64,000 nt of DNA from Amoebidium appalachense (lineage: Eukaryota > Protista > Ichthyosporea), in assembly GCA_963693365.1 (NCBI GenBank), contig CAVNZM010000004.1:10320468-10384467 (forward strand), read 5' to 3'. The position numbers and the translations under genes were made by a program. This document shows positions 21,401 to 35,493 of this stretch, in pieces (the stretch's first letter is position 1; each line of letters begins with the position of its first letter). Under the pieces are notes generated by a model, which was given only the letters and a program-made list of their open reading frames with translations, ran no database searches and was not told the origin of the DNA.

Positions 21401-22499
21401 ATGGCAGACCTCTCCTTCCTGCCCCCTCTAGATCTAGACGATGCTGATGTTCTTGCTGCCGCCGCCGCAGCCATTTCTGTGCCAGCCCGCAGGCCTCCTC
21501 CTGGCCGCACCTTCTCCTGGCATCTCAAAGATTTGGATCTTGACACTGTTCTGCCAACCCTTCTACGCATCCTACCGCACGCTTGCTGAGGGGTATGCAG
21601 CACAGCCCAGTGTTTCCGCCAACGCAGCATCCTTCCTCCTCTCCGCCAAGAAAGGTGACTTCTTCGCTGGCTATGATGCAGGGGGCGAAGTCTACTTCCA
21701 AAAACGCTTCACGGGTCTAGATGACTTTGATGGGGCATGGCTCCCTGAGATGCTGGTGCGTGGTACCATCTCTGAGCCTGCAGAACTGGCTGAACTGCAC
21801 GGCAAGTCGCTTTTGGCAACACTCGCGTGCCGCAACGCCCTCATGCTCAAGGGGGTGGCTGCTGCTGTGGTAGACATCCTCCTACCGCAGTTCACAGAGC
21901 ATGAGAGATCCACTAGGCACAAGGTAGAGACAGACCCTCAGTTGGTTGGCAACTACATGCAGAGGTACCTGGAGGAGATAGAGGCCAACTGGGAGCCCAT
22001 CGTCGGGATGTGCAAGGCAGGACTCACTCCCCACAGGGAGAGAGAGGTGGCCCGCCACCTGGCTCGTGTTGTTGCTGGCTTCCTGCAGACCATGGTGGCC
22101 ACTGCAAAGGCAGCCAAGTTGAAGTCCACGCCCCTCTTCAAAGGGGTCGCCATGGATGTCCTCCATGACATGCAGGCATTGCTGCGTGGGGTTGCGAATG
22201 AGCGTATGTATGGTGCAGGTGAGAAGATTGTGTTTGCAGGGCTGATCAAGAAAAACATCCACAAGGAGGCACCATCACGGCGCAAGTCCGGCACGTTCAT
22301 CGACATTGCCCCCAAGGGGAAGGAAAACCTTGCCCCCCTCCGCAGCAGCAGCACCAACAGCAACACCCCCTACAACAACAACAACAACATCATGACGGTC
22401 GGTGCCCCCTACTTCTACGGTAGGACCCGGGTGCCTAACTTACTCCGTACCTCAGCGGCACCGCCCCTCAAGACTGTGAACCATGGCTACATGGGCTAG
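21401..22499 (+). CDS. Hypothetical element protein (~365 aa), one apparent frameshift near 21555
   Basis: ATG 21401 (MADLSFLPPLDLDD...) joins the 21441-22499 frame at ...FYASYRTLAEG. An ATTGGACGCC motif lies upstream at 21236. Confidence 0.75.
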
Positions 22500-22603
22500 T
22501 GCACAGGATAGGGGGGCAGTGCCCTAAACTTTGCCATTTTTAATTTTTTTAGTAAAGTACCTTAAAGTTTGAGCATGCCATGGTCTCATTAACATAGACA
22601 CCG

Positions 22604-23040
22604 TTGTGATTTGTGTATACATAGTGGGCAGTGCCCTTTATTTTCACGTTTTTTTTCTTCTTCTTTTATACAAAGAATTGAACCGACGGCAAAAATAAAC
22701 TTTTGTTTTTTTACGAAAGTTCCAAGAAAAAAACAGAGCACAAGCTGAAGACTACCATGGTGCATTGCACACGTGTGCCTGCACGTGTGCGTGTGTGTGT
22801 GTGCATGTGTGTGCATGTGTGTGCTTGTGTGTGTGCCAAAACACTCTAACAAAAATCTATGAAGATTTTAACGATAAAAAATAAAAAACTTTGTGATCTG
22901 TGGATGCATTGGGCGGAGCCCTTTATTTTCACGTTTTTTTTTTTTTTTCTACAAAGAAAACCGATGGCAAAAAGATCCAAGGAAAAAAAACAGAGCACAA
23001 GTTGAAGACTACTATGGTGCATTGCACACGTGTGCCTGCA

Positions 23041-23085
<45 letters not shown>

Positions 23086-23140
23086 ATGTGTGTGTGTGTG
23101 TGTGTGTGCCAAAAAGGCTCTAACGAAAATCTATGAAATT
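22604..23140. repeat. Diverged ~288-bp tandem duplication followed by a long (TG)n
   Basis: tgtgat...gccctttattttcacg...cagagcacaag...gaagactac...ctctaac occurs at 22604 and 22892. Confidence 0.8.
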
Positions 23141-23238
23141 TTTAACGAAAAATAAAAATAAAAACAAAAATAAAAATAAAAAACCAAAGGCAACCAACAG
23201 TCACCCTACCACACCCTTCTACGTGTGCATGCATGCGT

Positions 23239-23382
<144 letters not shown>

Positions 23383-23810
23383 ATGTGTGTGTGTGTGTGT
23401 GTGCATGTGTGTGTGTGTGTGTGTGTTGTGGTGTAACTTCTAAGTGTTGCTACCTAAAAGTGCGAAAAGAGATGATTGTGAAAATGTTTAAGAGTTTTTT
23501 CTAAGTTTTTTCTTCACAAAAAAACGAACGAAAACGAGACGAGACTGAGAGAGCCGACAGCTGATAGAGTGCACATGGGAGAAAAAAGTGTATACGTAAT
23601 ATTACGTAACATTCGATTTCGCTTGATTTCATTGGCTCATAAGTTACGCAAAGTTCAAGTTGGCGCAATCATTTACTCTCTCACTCATGTACGTACTAAG
23701 TCAACTCAGTCGCGGCGGCACACAGTGTTTTTTTTTTTTTGGGAAGAAGTTTATTTCGTGGCATCACCCGGAGGTAAAGAGATTCTGAATAAACAGACAT
23801 GTGCCTATTA

Positions 23811-24731
23811 CTAGTACATCCTGAGCATTTTGGCCTTGTCCTCCCCAGGCATGGGCGTGCCAGCACGCTTAGCCTGCCCCATGTCTACATCACCCCCCTC
23901 CCCCTCACTACCCGCACCATCACTGACCAACTCCATCAGACCGTCTAAATCAAACACCTGAACCTTGCGGGCAACGAGCTTGGTGCGCACAGTGTTGTTT
24001 TTCTTGTTGTAGATGACGCTGGTGGCGGCAGCAGACACCCATGCAGTAACCTCACGGCACTTGGCACGCTGGGAGTTCATAAACTCCACAAACTCATCCA
24101 CAGAGGCCGCGTTGTTGCCCAGCTTGAAGAGGCAGGGGTTGCGGCCAGTGGGGTTGGGGAGCTCCACCGTCACGTTGAAGTAGGTGTCGCCCAGTGCCCC
24201 CTCCATGTCCGCCTTGCTGACGGGGTTGGCACCCAGCACCTCGTACAGGTTGGGGCTGTGTCTGGACCACAGGCTGCTGCTGGTCTTGACGGCAACGGTG
24301 TCCAGATCGACATCCTTGAGCATCTCGTGGTCCTTGTGCATCCACAGCACGTCCTTGGCCATGCTGCACACGTAGGGCCACAGGCCAACGGCGTAGGCCA
24401 CCTCAAAGGGCTCAGGGTGGCGCTGGGACTTGATCTTGATTGTGGTTTTGTCGTAGGCAGACAGGTGGGTGCCCAGTTCAATCAACATCTGCCCGTTGAT
24501 GTTGATGTTGGGCAGGTTGTACAGCTGCACCACCAGCACGTCGTTCATGACCCAGGGTGCACCCATGGTGGCCTTGCCCACACCGTTGAGGAACACCTCC
24601 TTGTACTGCACCATCTTGGCCCCCTCAACGCTGCTGTTGATGTTTTCTTTGCCACTGCTTGCCGCGGCGATGCTGGTCCTTTTGACGGTGGACAGACCAG
24701 TCATTTGACGCAGCAGGGTTGGCTTGACCAT
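23811..24731 (-). CDS. Hypothetical element protein (306 aa), possible single-stranded DNA-binding protein
   Basis: Intact ORF reading inward from the right TIR. C-terminal beta-strand-like pattern (VTAWVSAAATSVIYNKKNNTVRTKLVARKVQVF) followed by an acidic/Gly tail. Function is inferred. Confidence 0.75.
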   Translation of the reverse strand: MVKPTLLRQMTGLSTVKRTSIAAASSGKENINSSVEGAKMVQYKEVFLNGVGKATMGAPWVMNDVLVVQLYNLPNININGQMLIELGTHLSAYDKTTIKIKSQRHPEPFEVAYAVGLWPYVCSMAKDVLWMHKDHEMLKDVDLDTVAVKTSSSLWSRHSPNLYEVLGANPVSKADMEGALGDTYFNVTVELPNPTGRNPCLFKLGNNAASVDEFVEFMNSQRAKCREVTAWVSAAATSVIYNKKNNTVRTKLVARKVQVFDLDGLMELVSDGAGSEGEGGDVDMGQAKRAGTPMPGEDKAKMLRMY

Positions 24732-24951
24732 TTTGCTGTTGCTTGGGGGGTGTGGTGAACGTTACTGTGGTGTGCACCTCGACTGTGACTGTCTGGCTCA
24801 TGTTTGGTTGGTGAGATGTTGCCTGTGTGCGGCTGTTCAAATGTACACGGCGGTAGGATGCAGGGTGCGTTTCTGGCCAATGAGGACCGTAATCCCTGTT
24901 CCCTGTGCCCTCATTGGACACCTAGAACCACATGTGCCAGTCTAGATTCCG

Positions 24952-25421
24952 ATTGGACGCCTTGTGCGGCAATTTGCTTTTTTGAGCCGAATTATCATTG
25001 GCCGCCCTGCGCATCCGTAATACCATTGGACGCCTTGTACATGGAATTCAGAATTCGAATTCCCATTGGACGCCTTGCGCAAACCTTCGCATTCCTTTGA
25101 TCCGCACTTGTGTACATGTACGCACCACATGTACGCGTACACGTACGCGTACACGTGACACGCCCTCTCTCTCTCTTTAATTGTTTAATTATTTAGTTAA
25201 AACCACGTGCTCTGCACGTGTTTTACACACACACAGTGTGTGTGCACGTGCTCATGTACACATATCCACCCATATCACATATATCCCATATCGCGATATG
25301 TGTACACAGATATCACATATCTCATATTCACATATCCCATATCCTAAGGGGTGCGGGACCGCGTGAATGTGACGTCACTTGTGACGTCACATTCACGGGG
25401 TGCCGCGCCCCTTATTGTAGT
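24952..25421 (-). repeat. Right terminal inverted repeat
   Basis: Ends ...CCCCTTATTGTAGT; reverse complement of 6559-7030. Confidence 0.95.
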
Positions 25422-25559
25422 CTGACAGTACATATTTTGTGTGAGCATGGGTTACAAACATGCTCGCGTCCGCATTGGACGTGGGCAAGGCCATTGGGCT
25501 TTGCTGAGGATTCTCGTTCATGTTATCCTCGCCTTTTGTCTTTTGGCTGCAGCCGCTGC

Positions 25560-26220
25560 GGGTTCAACAAACAACCCAGATGGGGTGAACAAAAAAGTCA
25601 TTAAGGAAAACAAATCTTGGTCTAAAGATCATGCCAAGCTGGAACAGCCATTCGTTGCACGGTACATTGATTATTGCATAGCGGATCATGAGGACTCTGT
25701 CGAAGCTGGCACGTGCCCTCCCCAGCCCTTCCTCAGGGATTGGGTGTGGCATCAAACCCGTCATGGCGGCCGGATAGATGCATCTACAGCGGAGGGAGTC
25801 CATCAGGTGATCTCCCCCCCCCCCCCCCCTCCCCCCCCCTCTCTCCCCACCACCCCCTGCCTCTTTTCCACTTTTTCTCTCCCCTCCCCTGTCTCTCTGT
25901 TCTGGGCCTTACAGGTGGTTCCTCCGTTTTAGAAGTTGTTTTTTATGTAATACGTTAGGTGTGTCCTTTTGCATCTTGTGGATACCAATGCCTTCACCGC
26001 TCAGGCCTTCCCTTGCACGTAATCTTATGGACCTTTGTGCCTGTCCCATGATCTGTTTGGCATGGCATGTTACACAGCAGAAGCTTTGGCGGCGCAAAGT
26101 TTCTTACAAACCCTCGTCATTGCAGATGATTGTTCCTGCAGTTTTCATTTGGGATCCGCAATCACATTTTCACCATGGGCGGCGAGAGCTGTTGTGCCCC
26201 ACGGACGGGTGTGCCGGTAC
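25560..26220 (+). pseudogene. Degenerate spliced gene fragment inside the DNA transposon
   Basis: Coding-like stretch ending at CAG|GT (25807/8), a poly-C intron, then PAVFIWDPQSHF...LLCPTDGC. This resembles the F.W.P...L.CP..C zinc motif of DUF6729-like transposon-associated proteins (from memory, unverified). Confidence 0.4.
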
Positions 26221-26288
26221 CAGGCTACCAGGGGGGGGGGGGGGGGGGGGGGGGGCTTGGGAAACGAGGGTGCAACCAAAAAGGGTCC

Positions 26289-27237
26289 AAAAAGTGTGCC
26301 CTGTTATCAAAATCGATACCGGACGACGTTTGTATTTTCGGCAGTCCCCTCCCTCGCCCAATCGAATACAAGTATTTGGGGATTCCGGTGGACGAATGGG
26401 GCATATGTTTCAAACGGATGATCGACCGTCGGGTGGAGAGTGCAGGCAGGTGCCTTCGGTTATTTAGGGATGTGTATCTTGCTACTCTTTCTCATACTGT
26501 CCACCTATACAATCGTCTTAGTATATTTCGCACATATATTCGCCCTTTGTCTGAATACGGGTTGCCCTTACTAGCTATGGCACCCCCTGATACTGTTACT
26601 AATGTCCTCAAATCAATAGATGAGTTCCACTGTACACAACTTGTACGTTTCTCACTGGTCTTTCCACACCTATCCCTAGACGCCTTTTTGATTCTCTCTA
26701 CGCACTCACACCACCATCACAACGCGCACACGAATTAGCCCTTAAATTTCACGAGCACATCACCCGCCTGTCCGCTTGTGCCCCGGACCACCCGCTCTTC
26801 CGGCTACACGCATCCCCGCCGGACTCGCCCCTCTACCCCTTCCCTTCCCCATCGTCTCTGCCCATTGCCGAGCGTTATGTGGAATGGCTGGCGACCCCAC
26901 CGGAGGTACGGCTAGATCATAGTGTGAATATGAATAGTTTCAAGTCTATGGCTGATAGATATCTTTTTACTCTACGTGTTGAGTCCCTTCCGGTGTTAGG
27001 ACCGCAAAACATGTACACCAACTACTAGTAGCCTATATGGCGGATACGGTTAGAGAGTCTCGTTCATACATAGATTCGTTTATTCGTAATGTGGCGTGGT
27101 GTAAAAACGCAAAGATGATTATGGATTGGCGGTGTAATCGGTTTCTGGTGTCTCCTGCTCGTATGTGTAATATGTGTGGGGGGCGGTTTACTCGCGGCTG
27201 CATATCTGTCAATAAATGCAACCTGTTAGCTAAATAA
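26289..27237 (+). pseudogene. LINE RT right fragment (thumb region and C-terminal Cys motif)
   Basis: KKCALL...YKYLGIP...RLSIFRTYIRPLSEYGL continues exactly from ...MQINVKK at 6020. A later stretch reads WRCNRF...CNMCGGRFTRGC. Frame is disrupted. Confidence 0.88.
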
Positions 27238-28252
27238 TGTATTAGAACCGGAGGTTATTGGCGGTTTTATTCTCTTTTCTTCCTCTCTTCCTCAATATAT
27301 CCGTTTTAAAGATGACTATCCTAGATCACCTTATTATTAGTGCTGCACAGTATGATATTGTGATCCGATGCCTTAACTTTCTTTCGGAGCTACCGATGCT
27401 AGCGCTAGCCTCTGCTTACCCATAATATGTAATAGGGGTGTCAGATACTACGATGGCGCTCATTGTTGCCTGAGCATGTACATATGTCACTGGCTGCATT
27501 TGATTGGCTGTGCTGGAAAACGCAGTAGGCCGTCGAATGTGGCTGGGCCTCCGGCAGTGTCCACGCAAAAGTGTGTAAACCCCATAAAGGGCTACTCCCC
27601 CTTTATCGATAAAGGGGGGTGGAAAGCCAGTTCAAGAGATAAATGTTCTTTGACGTCATCATGACTTATGCGAGGAGTGTCGGTGAAACAAAACTCACAT
27701 ATTGGCTTGGCTCCTGATAGTCACCGGGTCTCTAAGTAGGATCATAGTAATTTGCCTCACAATTCAAAATAAAAATATTTATTTTATCCATTAGCAACAA
27801 CTTCATTGGCTCTATTTGATATCATTCATGCTTAAAAGGCCGCGATATCATACCATAAGCCTTTCTTATAACCTGTGGACTTTGTAGAAACATTTTGCAC
27901 TCCTTTAGCATCCAGCGTCTTGATTGGTTGAAACTCTGGAGACTGAGATCCACAAGTCTCAGCAAAAAAATTGTTGAACGAAAACGAAACCTTCATTATT
28001 ATCATGCGTTGGTCACGAGTTTATGGAAAGAAGCACGCATTTACGTAACACAACTCACCTTTGCTAAACTCATTTCTTGCTTATATCAGAGGGCTAATGA
28101 AAAAGCACGAGTTTTATAGAGCTATTGAGTGCGAGCCTTGCCTTTTTGTTTAGAAGAGGAAGACGTGCACTTTGTGCGAGACCGCAAGTTTTGAAGGAGT
28201 CAACGTGACAATTCAAGGAATAGGACAGCTTGTGTAGCTGTAATCTAACAAG

Positions 28253-29331
28253 ATGTCGTCTCTTTTCGGCAAGAAGAAAACCCCAGATCGTAAGTTATAG
28301 TACCTACACCGTGTTTTATGTTTAACCACATGCTCCATCTCTCTTCACGCAGCTGTCAGCTGTTCAGTGCATCCCCAATGGGGTCACACGACCGCTTGTG
28401 GGCTTTCACTTTTCACCTCCCAATCCTACAATTGGTTACAATGTTTTTTTCTTTGGCTCCATCTTCTAGGCGCTTTGTGTACCTCAAATTTTGCAGCTTC
28501 TTTAGAGGTGCCTCGTTCTTGCTTCTCCCGGCTTCACGGTTCTAGTGCTCCCCCATTTATGATGGTTTCTGTCTAAGGGTTGTTCTCCCCAGAAATTATC
28601 AGGGAGCAAAAACGCGAGCTGGGACGCACGGAGCGCCAGTTGCAACGTGACCGCGCAAAGCTTGAGGCTGATGAGAAAAGGCTGGTATGTATGGTTTGTG
28701 TGGTTAGGCTAGACCGAGAGTGGGCTTAGTGTAGCATGTGGTCAGCCTTTTTGTTTGGACAAGCTGTGAGAGCGAGAGGTAGTTTAGAGCTCTTCTACAT
28801 TTTCTCTCCTCCTCAACCGGCCCTGTCATCCGCCCCCCCCCCCCCCCCCCCCCCCCCTCCCCATTTCCCCCCGGTCCTCCGCATTGCTTTCCATGATGTT
28901 CACGTAGCAAGTCAGCAAGTCTAGCAGCCTCATAGGTAGCAGACTGAAAGGTTAAAGTACCTGCTGGGGCAGGGTGTTGGTGAGGTATTGGGTGAGCTCA
29001 AGTAACTGTCTCCTTGCTGTTTGTAAGCATTTCACGTGGCACACAATGAAGGGGCAACACCCACGAATACCTGTACAAGAAAGTGTGTGCACGCACTATG
29101 CGTGCGCATGTGTGTGTGCGCGCACACACACACACACACCACACAGAAGTTTTTTATTGTGTGGCTACCCAGAACACACCATCACCCACGTGTTTTTTAT
29201 TGTGCGGCTACCCAGAACACACCCATCACCCACACGTGCAAGGGGCATGCCCCTTTCCCCCTCCCCCCCCACCCTCCCGCCTTCCTTCCCGAAGTACCTC
29301 TTACATACACAAGCAGGCACACACAGGTACG

Positions 29332-29411
<80 letters not shown>

Positions 29412-30418
29412 GGGGGGGGGGGGGGGGGGGGGGGGGGATGGACACACACACCGCTGGGCTGCGCATAGTTTCACACGCGTACACAAGCATGCGCAGACCT
29501 CACAGAGTTCACCTCTCACACACCTCTAAATTGCAGACGGACCAAATCAAAAGGGCAGCAGAAAAGGGCGATAAGGTGCAGGCACAGGCCCTGGCCAAGC
29601 AGTTGGTGATGGTGCGAAAGCAAAGAGAGAAGAACTTTGGCGCACAGGCAAAGGTACGTTGGTGTTAGCCTTTGCTTGTTGAGATCGTTGCTTGTTTGAG
29701 TGTGATTTCTGTGGGGGGTGCCTTTGCTGGGGCCGCACTATATTTGGTGTGGTTTCTACTGGGACGTGCATCTTTTTTAAATGGAGATGGAACGAGGGAA
29801 ACAACTGAAAGGAGCGGTAGGAGGAGGGGGGGGAGGGGGGGAGGGGGGTCATGTAAAGCCACAGAGGGAGGTGTATGCCGTGTTTACTTGTGGTGGCTGT
29901 GTGTGTGTTCACGGTGGTGCACGGGCACAGATCCAAGGAATCAGCGGCAACATGACGGGCATGGCTGCAGACATGAAGATGGCCCAGGCAATGGCCGGCA
30001 CAACAAAGGTGTGCCACCCTTCCCTCACACACAACAGGAATATCGGGCCCTCACATGCACTTTCCCCCCTTCCAAGCGCACACACACACACACACACAAA
30101 GACACACACATGCACATGTACACACACACCACTTTCCGGATGAACCCTGTCAAATGGTGTTTGCTAACCCTGCATCGCTGTTCCTTGTTGCCTGTTGTGC
30201 TGTGTCCTGCACGTGTTCATATTGCTATCCTGCCATCCCTCTTTCCTTTCATTTGGAGCCTCTCTCACGTTTTTCTTCCTCTCTTTTCCTTTTCCCATGC
30301 CCTTTCCCCTCCCCCCCCCCTCCCTCCCCCCCAAAGCCTCCGTCGTTAACTCTGGACCCACATTGACCTCCCCGCGCCCCCCCCCCCGCCCCCCCCCCCA
30401 TCCCTCCCCATCCCCTGA

Positions 30419-30473
<55 letters not shown>

Positions 30474-30521
30474 TGCACAGGTACCTTACATGCTTTGCAC
30501 GCACCCGCACACGTGTGCGCG

Positions 30522-30567
<46 letters not shown>

Positions 30568-31171
30568 AGCACGTGCGCGCGCGCACATACACACACACAC
30601 ACTCCCCTACAAGCTTCTTCTCGATCCTTTTCCGATCACACTTAATACCCATAGACCCTTTGTGTACCCTCCCTCTCACTCTTTTTTTTCAATCAGCCCC
30701 CCCCTCCCCCCCCCCCCCCCCCGGTGGCTTCTCCGCGAGGGCCTTTCCCACCCTCTGTTGCATACACCTCCTGTCTGCCTCCTGCATCCTTTTTCTTTTA
30801 CGATTATATAGATCAGATTTCCCACCCATTTTGATTCCGTGCCGGTCTGCTTATTGTTCTAGACCAACATCCTCATGTCTATGGGCCATGGCTGGGGTGC
30901 TAAGTGTGTGTGTGGGGGGGGTGGGGGTGGGGGGGTATGGTGTGTGCCCGTGTGTTGGGGGGGGGGGGGGGGGGGGAGGGGAGGGCGGTTGGGGGGGGGG
31001 GGGGGGGGGATGACACTGCGATGCACGAGCAATAAGAAGCTGCCCACACGTACAGGCCCCACACTTCAACGTGACTACGCATTGTGGGCATTTGTCTCCC
31101 TCACGCCTAGCTTTCCTGTGTATACTAGTAACAAAATGTTTAGATTTTTTACAGCATTTACGTTTTTGCAG

Positions 31172-31215
<44 letters not shown>

Positions 31216-31363
31216 AGCAGCATGCGCCTATTAGTCTGTGGGTATGTGCCGTGGTGTGATGTGTTGTGTGTGGTGTGTGTGTGCCTGCACGTGGTGTGTG
31301 CGTGTATGTGTATGGATTCAGGTGTGGGAATATGTGCATCATGGTGTGAGGAATGTGATGTGG

Positions 31364-31421
<58 letters not shown>

Positions 31422-31826
31422 ACACCCCCCTCTCTCCTCCCACTCAAGCACACAGACACAAACAGACACATACACGCGCACACACCCATACATTCGCTCA
31501 CTCATCCACATGCACATGGACACACACGCGTGTGAAGCAGTCGCGCTGTTTCTTTTTAGGGACAGAGGAATTGTTGTGTCTTTCCAACGAGTGTGCTGAC
31601 TGTGTTTCCTTTGTCCCTTTCTTTTTCCTCCTTCCTTTTCTTTCTTTTTTTTTTTTGCTTTTTCTTTCTTTCTTTTTCTTTTTTCTTCCTTCGTCTTCTT
31701 TTTTATTCCTTTTTTTCTCAGGCCATGGCAGCGACGAACAAGGCCATGGATGCGCAAAAGATGCAGAAGACGATGATGGAGTTTGAGAAGAACAACATGC
31801 AGATGGAGATGACCTCCGAGATGAGT

Positions 31827-31885
<59 letters not shown>

Positions 31886-32091
31886 TGTGTACGTGTGTGT
31901 GTGCATGGTTTTGTATCTGTGTGTGTCTGGGGGGAGGGGGGGGGGGGGGGGAGGGCTTGGTGTGGGCACCTGTGTGTTATGGGTGTGCTTGTGCTTGTAC
32001 GTTTGGTTGTGCATGTGTGTGCTGTTTGTGGTTGTGGTGTTGGGGTTGGTGGTTGGGCTCTGTGTGTGTGTGTGTTCATGGAAGGAGGGGG

Positions 32092-32122
<31 letters not shown>

Positions 32123-33050
32123 CGGGTATGTGCATGTGCATCTGCCGAACAGCTGTGTGTGTGTGTGTGTTTGCCTTTTTTTGTGGTGGTATGTATGTGT
32201 GTGTGGTGGTGGTGGTGGTGGTGTGTGTGTGTGTGTGTGGTGGTGGTGGTGGTGTTTGTGTGTGTGTGTGTGTGTGTGTGTTGGGCGGGGGGGGGGGGGG
32301 GGGGGGGAAAGAGTATTCGATGCAAAAGATAAATATTTTTGACCATGCGCAAGACCAACTCTGGAGGCAAATGAGCATGCATGTGTGCACCTACACACAC
32401 CTGTGTATGGGCGTAAAGGTAACATGGCCGTTTTAGTATTTTTTGGAGTATTCTAGGGGATAGGTGCCAAAGCCTGGCAATGTGAGATCAACAGAGATCA
32501 TAGGGGGAGAGGGCTGGGATGAATTGGAGAGAGAGATGGCAAAGGAGGGGGGGGGGGAGGGGGGGGGGGGGGGGGAGGGGGGGGGGAGTGTGGATTGACT
32601 AAGCAGGGATTTATTAGAGAGAAGTGTGAGAAGTATTAGAGAGATTTGAATGTTTCCCGAACTTCCTTTTGACGTATAAAAAGGAGGATATGTAGTCATG
32701 ATCGAGAGAGCAAACAGAATTTCACTGATATATGGGGCACGCAGTGAACGACACTATCGAGGGAGTGATGGAGGATGACGAGGAAGAGAGTGAGGAGATC
32801 ATGAACCAGGTGCTGGACGAGATCGGCATCGAGCTGGGCCAGAGCGTACGTTGTCCTTTCCTCCCCCCCCCCCCCCCCCCCCCGGTTTCGTTAACGAGGG
32901 GAATAGGTCGAAACTCGGGTACTGTGGATGACGTGGGCCCCCCCTGAGGATGGGCTCTGCTTATTATGCATACTCTTTATGTATGGCTTGCATTCTGCAT
33001 CGTGTTATCCGTTTGTTCTTGTGTACTTCGTACTTTTTGACGCATTCAAA

Positions 33051-33081
<31 letters not shown>

Positions 33082-33470
33082 ACACATCACCACCACCACC
33101 ACCACCACCACCAACACGTACACACCCCCACACACAAACACAACACGCAGAAAGAAAAACATAATAAAAACCCTTCCCCCCCCCCCCCCCCCCCCCCCTC
33201 CCCGTCGGGGGAGAAAATAATGCTTCCCCTCCGCCGCCATCTTATCCCTCCTTGCTCGCTTTGTCCCTCTCCCTCCCTCCCTCCCTCCCTCCCTTCTCTC
33301 TCTCTCTCTCTCTCTCTCCCCCCCCCCCCCCCTCTCTCTCTCTCTCCCCCACCCCCCCCTTCGGCCTCTCCCTCTCTCTCCCCCTCCCTTCACCCATCCC
33401 TCCCCCCCCCCCCCCCCCCCCTCTCTCTCTCCCCCAACCTCCCCCCCCCCTCCCTCCCTCCCTCCCTCCT

Positions 33471-33522
<52 letters not shown>

Positions 33523-33709
33523 CCCCTGTACTTCGTACTTTTTGACGCATTCAAACCCCCCCCCCCCCCCCTCTCGCCCCTCTCCCTCCCTCCCTCACCC
33601 CTTTTTCTCTCTCCCCATCCCTTCCCCCATCCCCCCTCCTCCCTCCCCCCCCCCCCCCCCGGCCCCCCTCCTTCTATCCCTTCCTCCTGTTCTCTCTCTC
33701 TCTCCCCCC

Positions 33710-33740
<31 letters not shown>

Positions 33741-34224
33741 CCCCCCCCCCCCTCTTTCCCCTCTCTCCTTCCTCACTCCCCCCCCCCCCCTCCCCCTCCC
33801 CCTCCTCCTTCCATCCATCCCTCCTGTTCTCTTTCACTCGCTTTCTCTCCAGCACCTCTCTCTGCTGTGGTCTCTACTCGCTTCTCGGTCACAGCCTTTA
33901 CCCTCTCTTTCCATCACAACCTTTCATTTGTTCCCCTCTCCTGCTTTCCACGTTGACCATTGTTGTTCACTTGCTGCATTGTCCTCCCCCCCCCCCCCCC
34001 CCCCCCCAACTCTTCGTCCACTTCAAGGCCTCAATGCACCCTCTCTCTCTTATCTGTGTTGCTCCATATCTGTTGTCTTTCTGGTACTTTGGACAATCGA
34101 CTTCCAGTTTAGTTCCGACTAGCGGGAGGAGGTCTTGGGCAAAGGGTAGTACTGGGTTCCGTCTGGGGGTTTGCAATGAGCACCTGCTAATTACCCCCCC
34201 CCCCCCCCCCCCCCCCCGGAACAC

Positions 34225-34323
<99 letters not shown>

Positions 34324-34418
34324 TGGCGGATGCGCCTGCCTCCAAGCTCAAGGCCAGTGCGCAGGAAGAGGAAGACTTGGACGCGCTGACGGCAAAACTG
34401 GCCGGTCTGAAGGGATAG
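28253..34418 (+). CDS. CHMP2B: ESCRT-III subunit CHMP2B (Vps2 family), 7 coding exons
   Basis: Exons 28253-28289, 28593-28684, 29537-29653, 29931-30008, 31722-31824, 32745-32845 and 34323-34418 give [22 protein letters not shown]...[11 protein letters not shown]...MKMAQAM...[13 protein letters not shown]...[22 protein letters not shown]..., all with GT-AG junctions. Confidence 0.93.
32935..33050 (+). mobile_element. 116-bp dispersed repeat ending at a poly-C run (probable Penelope-like 3' tail)
   Basis: Identical to 42285-42400; its last 29 bp recur at 33527-33555. Confidence 0.7.
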
Positions 34419-35197
34419 ACGTGCGGGGGTGGGGTTTATATTATTGTTTGGTTTTTGTTTTATTTCTGTGAAGGTACAGGTGCAGGGCCTGGGGTTCAGT
34501 AGTTGGCTCGAGATAGTTATATCTTGTACCCGCCGATATAGAGATTGGTTTTGTTTATGTATCCAGGCCCTGCCAGGCAAACACATACACACAATCACGC
34601 ACTCACACACACACACACACGGGCTGCACAGTGCGCATGCAGCACACTCGCACACGCAGATATGCATATGGGTAATGCCGCCATAATACAATGTGTGTAA
34701 TAATAAATGCTGGTGTTTTTCACTGTGATGATGTTGCATGAGTAGCAGACACACAAAGCATGATTTCGTAGGCGCAAACAAAAGTGAAACACATGTTGGA
34801 TATGGGTAGTTGTACATATGCATACTGTCACTAAGTGTGTATGCATGTAAGGCGTCGATTATACGGCAACCAATAAAATAAAGTCAGATAGCTATCACGT
34901 GGGAAGGAGGTAATGGATCCTATTGCCTCGGACCTGGTTTCTAAATACATGGTTTTATGAACGAGTGAATCATAGGAAGTTCTTGTCTTCTATTTTTTTT
35001 TTTTTTTTTTTTTTTTGGGGGGGGGGGGGGAGTATGAACTAAAAGGGAGTAATGGCTATTTTGCAGATATATGAAATCGAGACAGCTACATAATTGTTTA
35101 CTCATCATGGTAACGGTTGCTGGCCCTCCTCCTCCCCACCCCTCCCTTCCCCAACTCTCGGCCCACAAACATCACATGCATGCACGCGCGTGCGCAT

Positions 35198-35229
<32 letters not shown>

Positions 35230-35396
35230 ACACATACACACACACACACACACATGTACACACACACACACACACATGTGCACTGTGTTGCGCGCGTGCA
35301 CAATGCCACACACACGCCCATATGTAGTCGGCGTCACACACACGCATGCGCACACGTATACACACACATGTCCACATACGCACACACACCACACGT

Positions 35397-35435
<39 letters not shown>

Positions 35436-35444
35436 CACACAGTG

Positions 35445-35493
<49 letters not shown>

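Noticed and set aside
32881-32960. Hammerhead ribozyme from CGAAAC and CTGAGGA motifs
   Set aside because: I could not build stems I and II in any permutation; a covariance-model search is needed.
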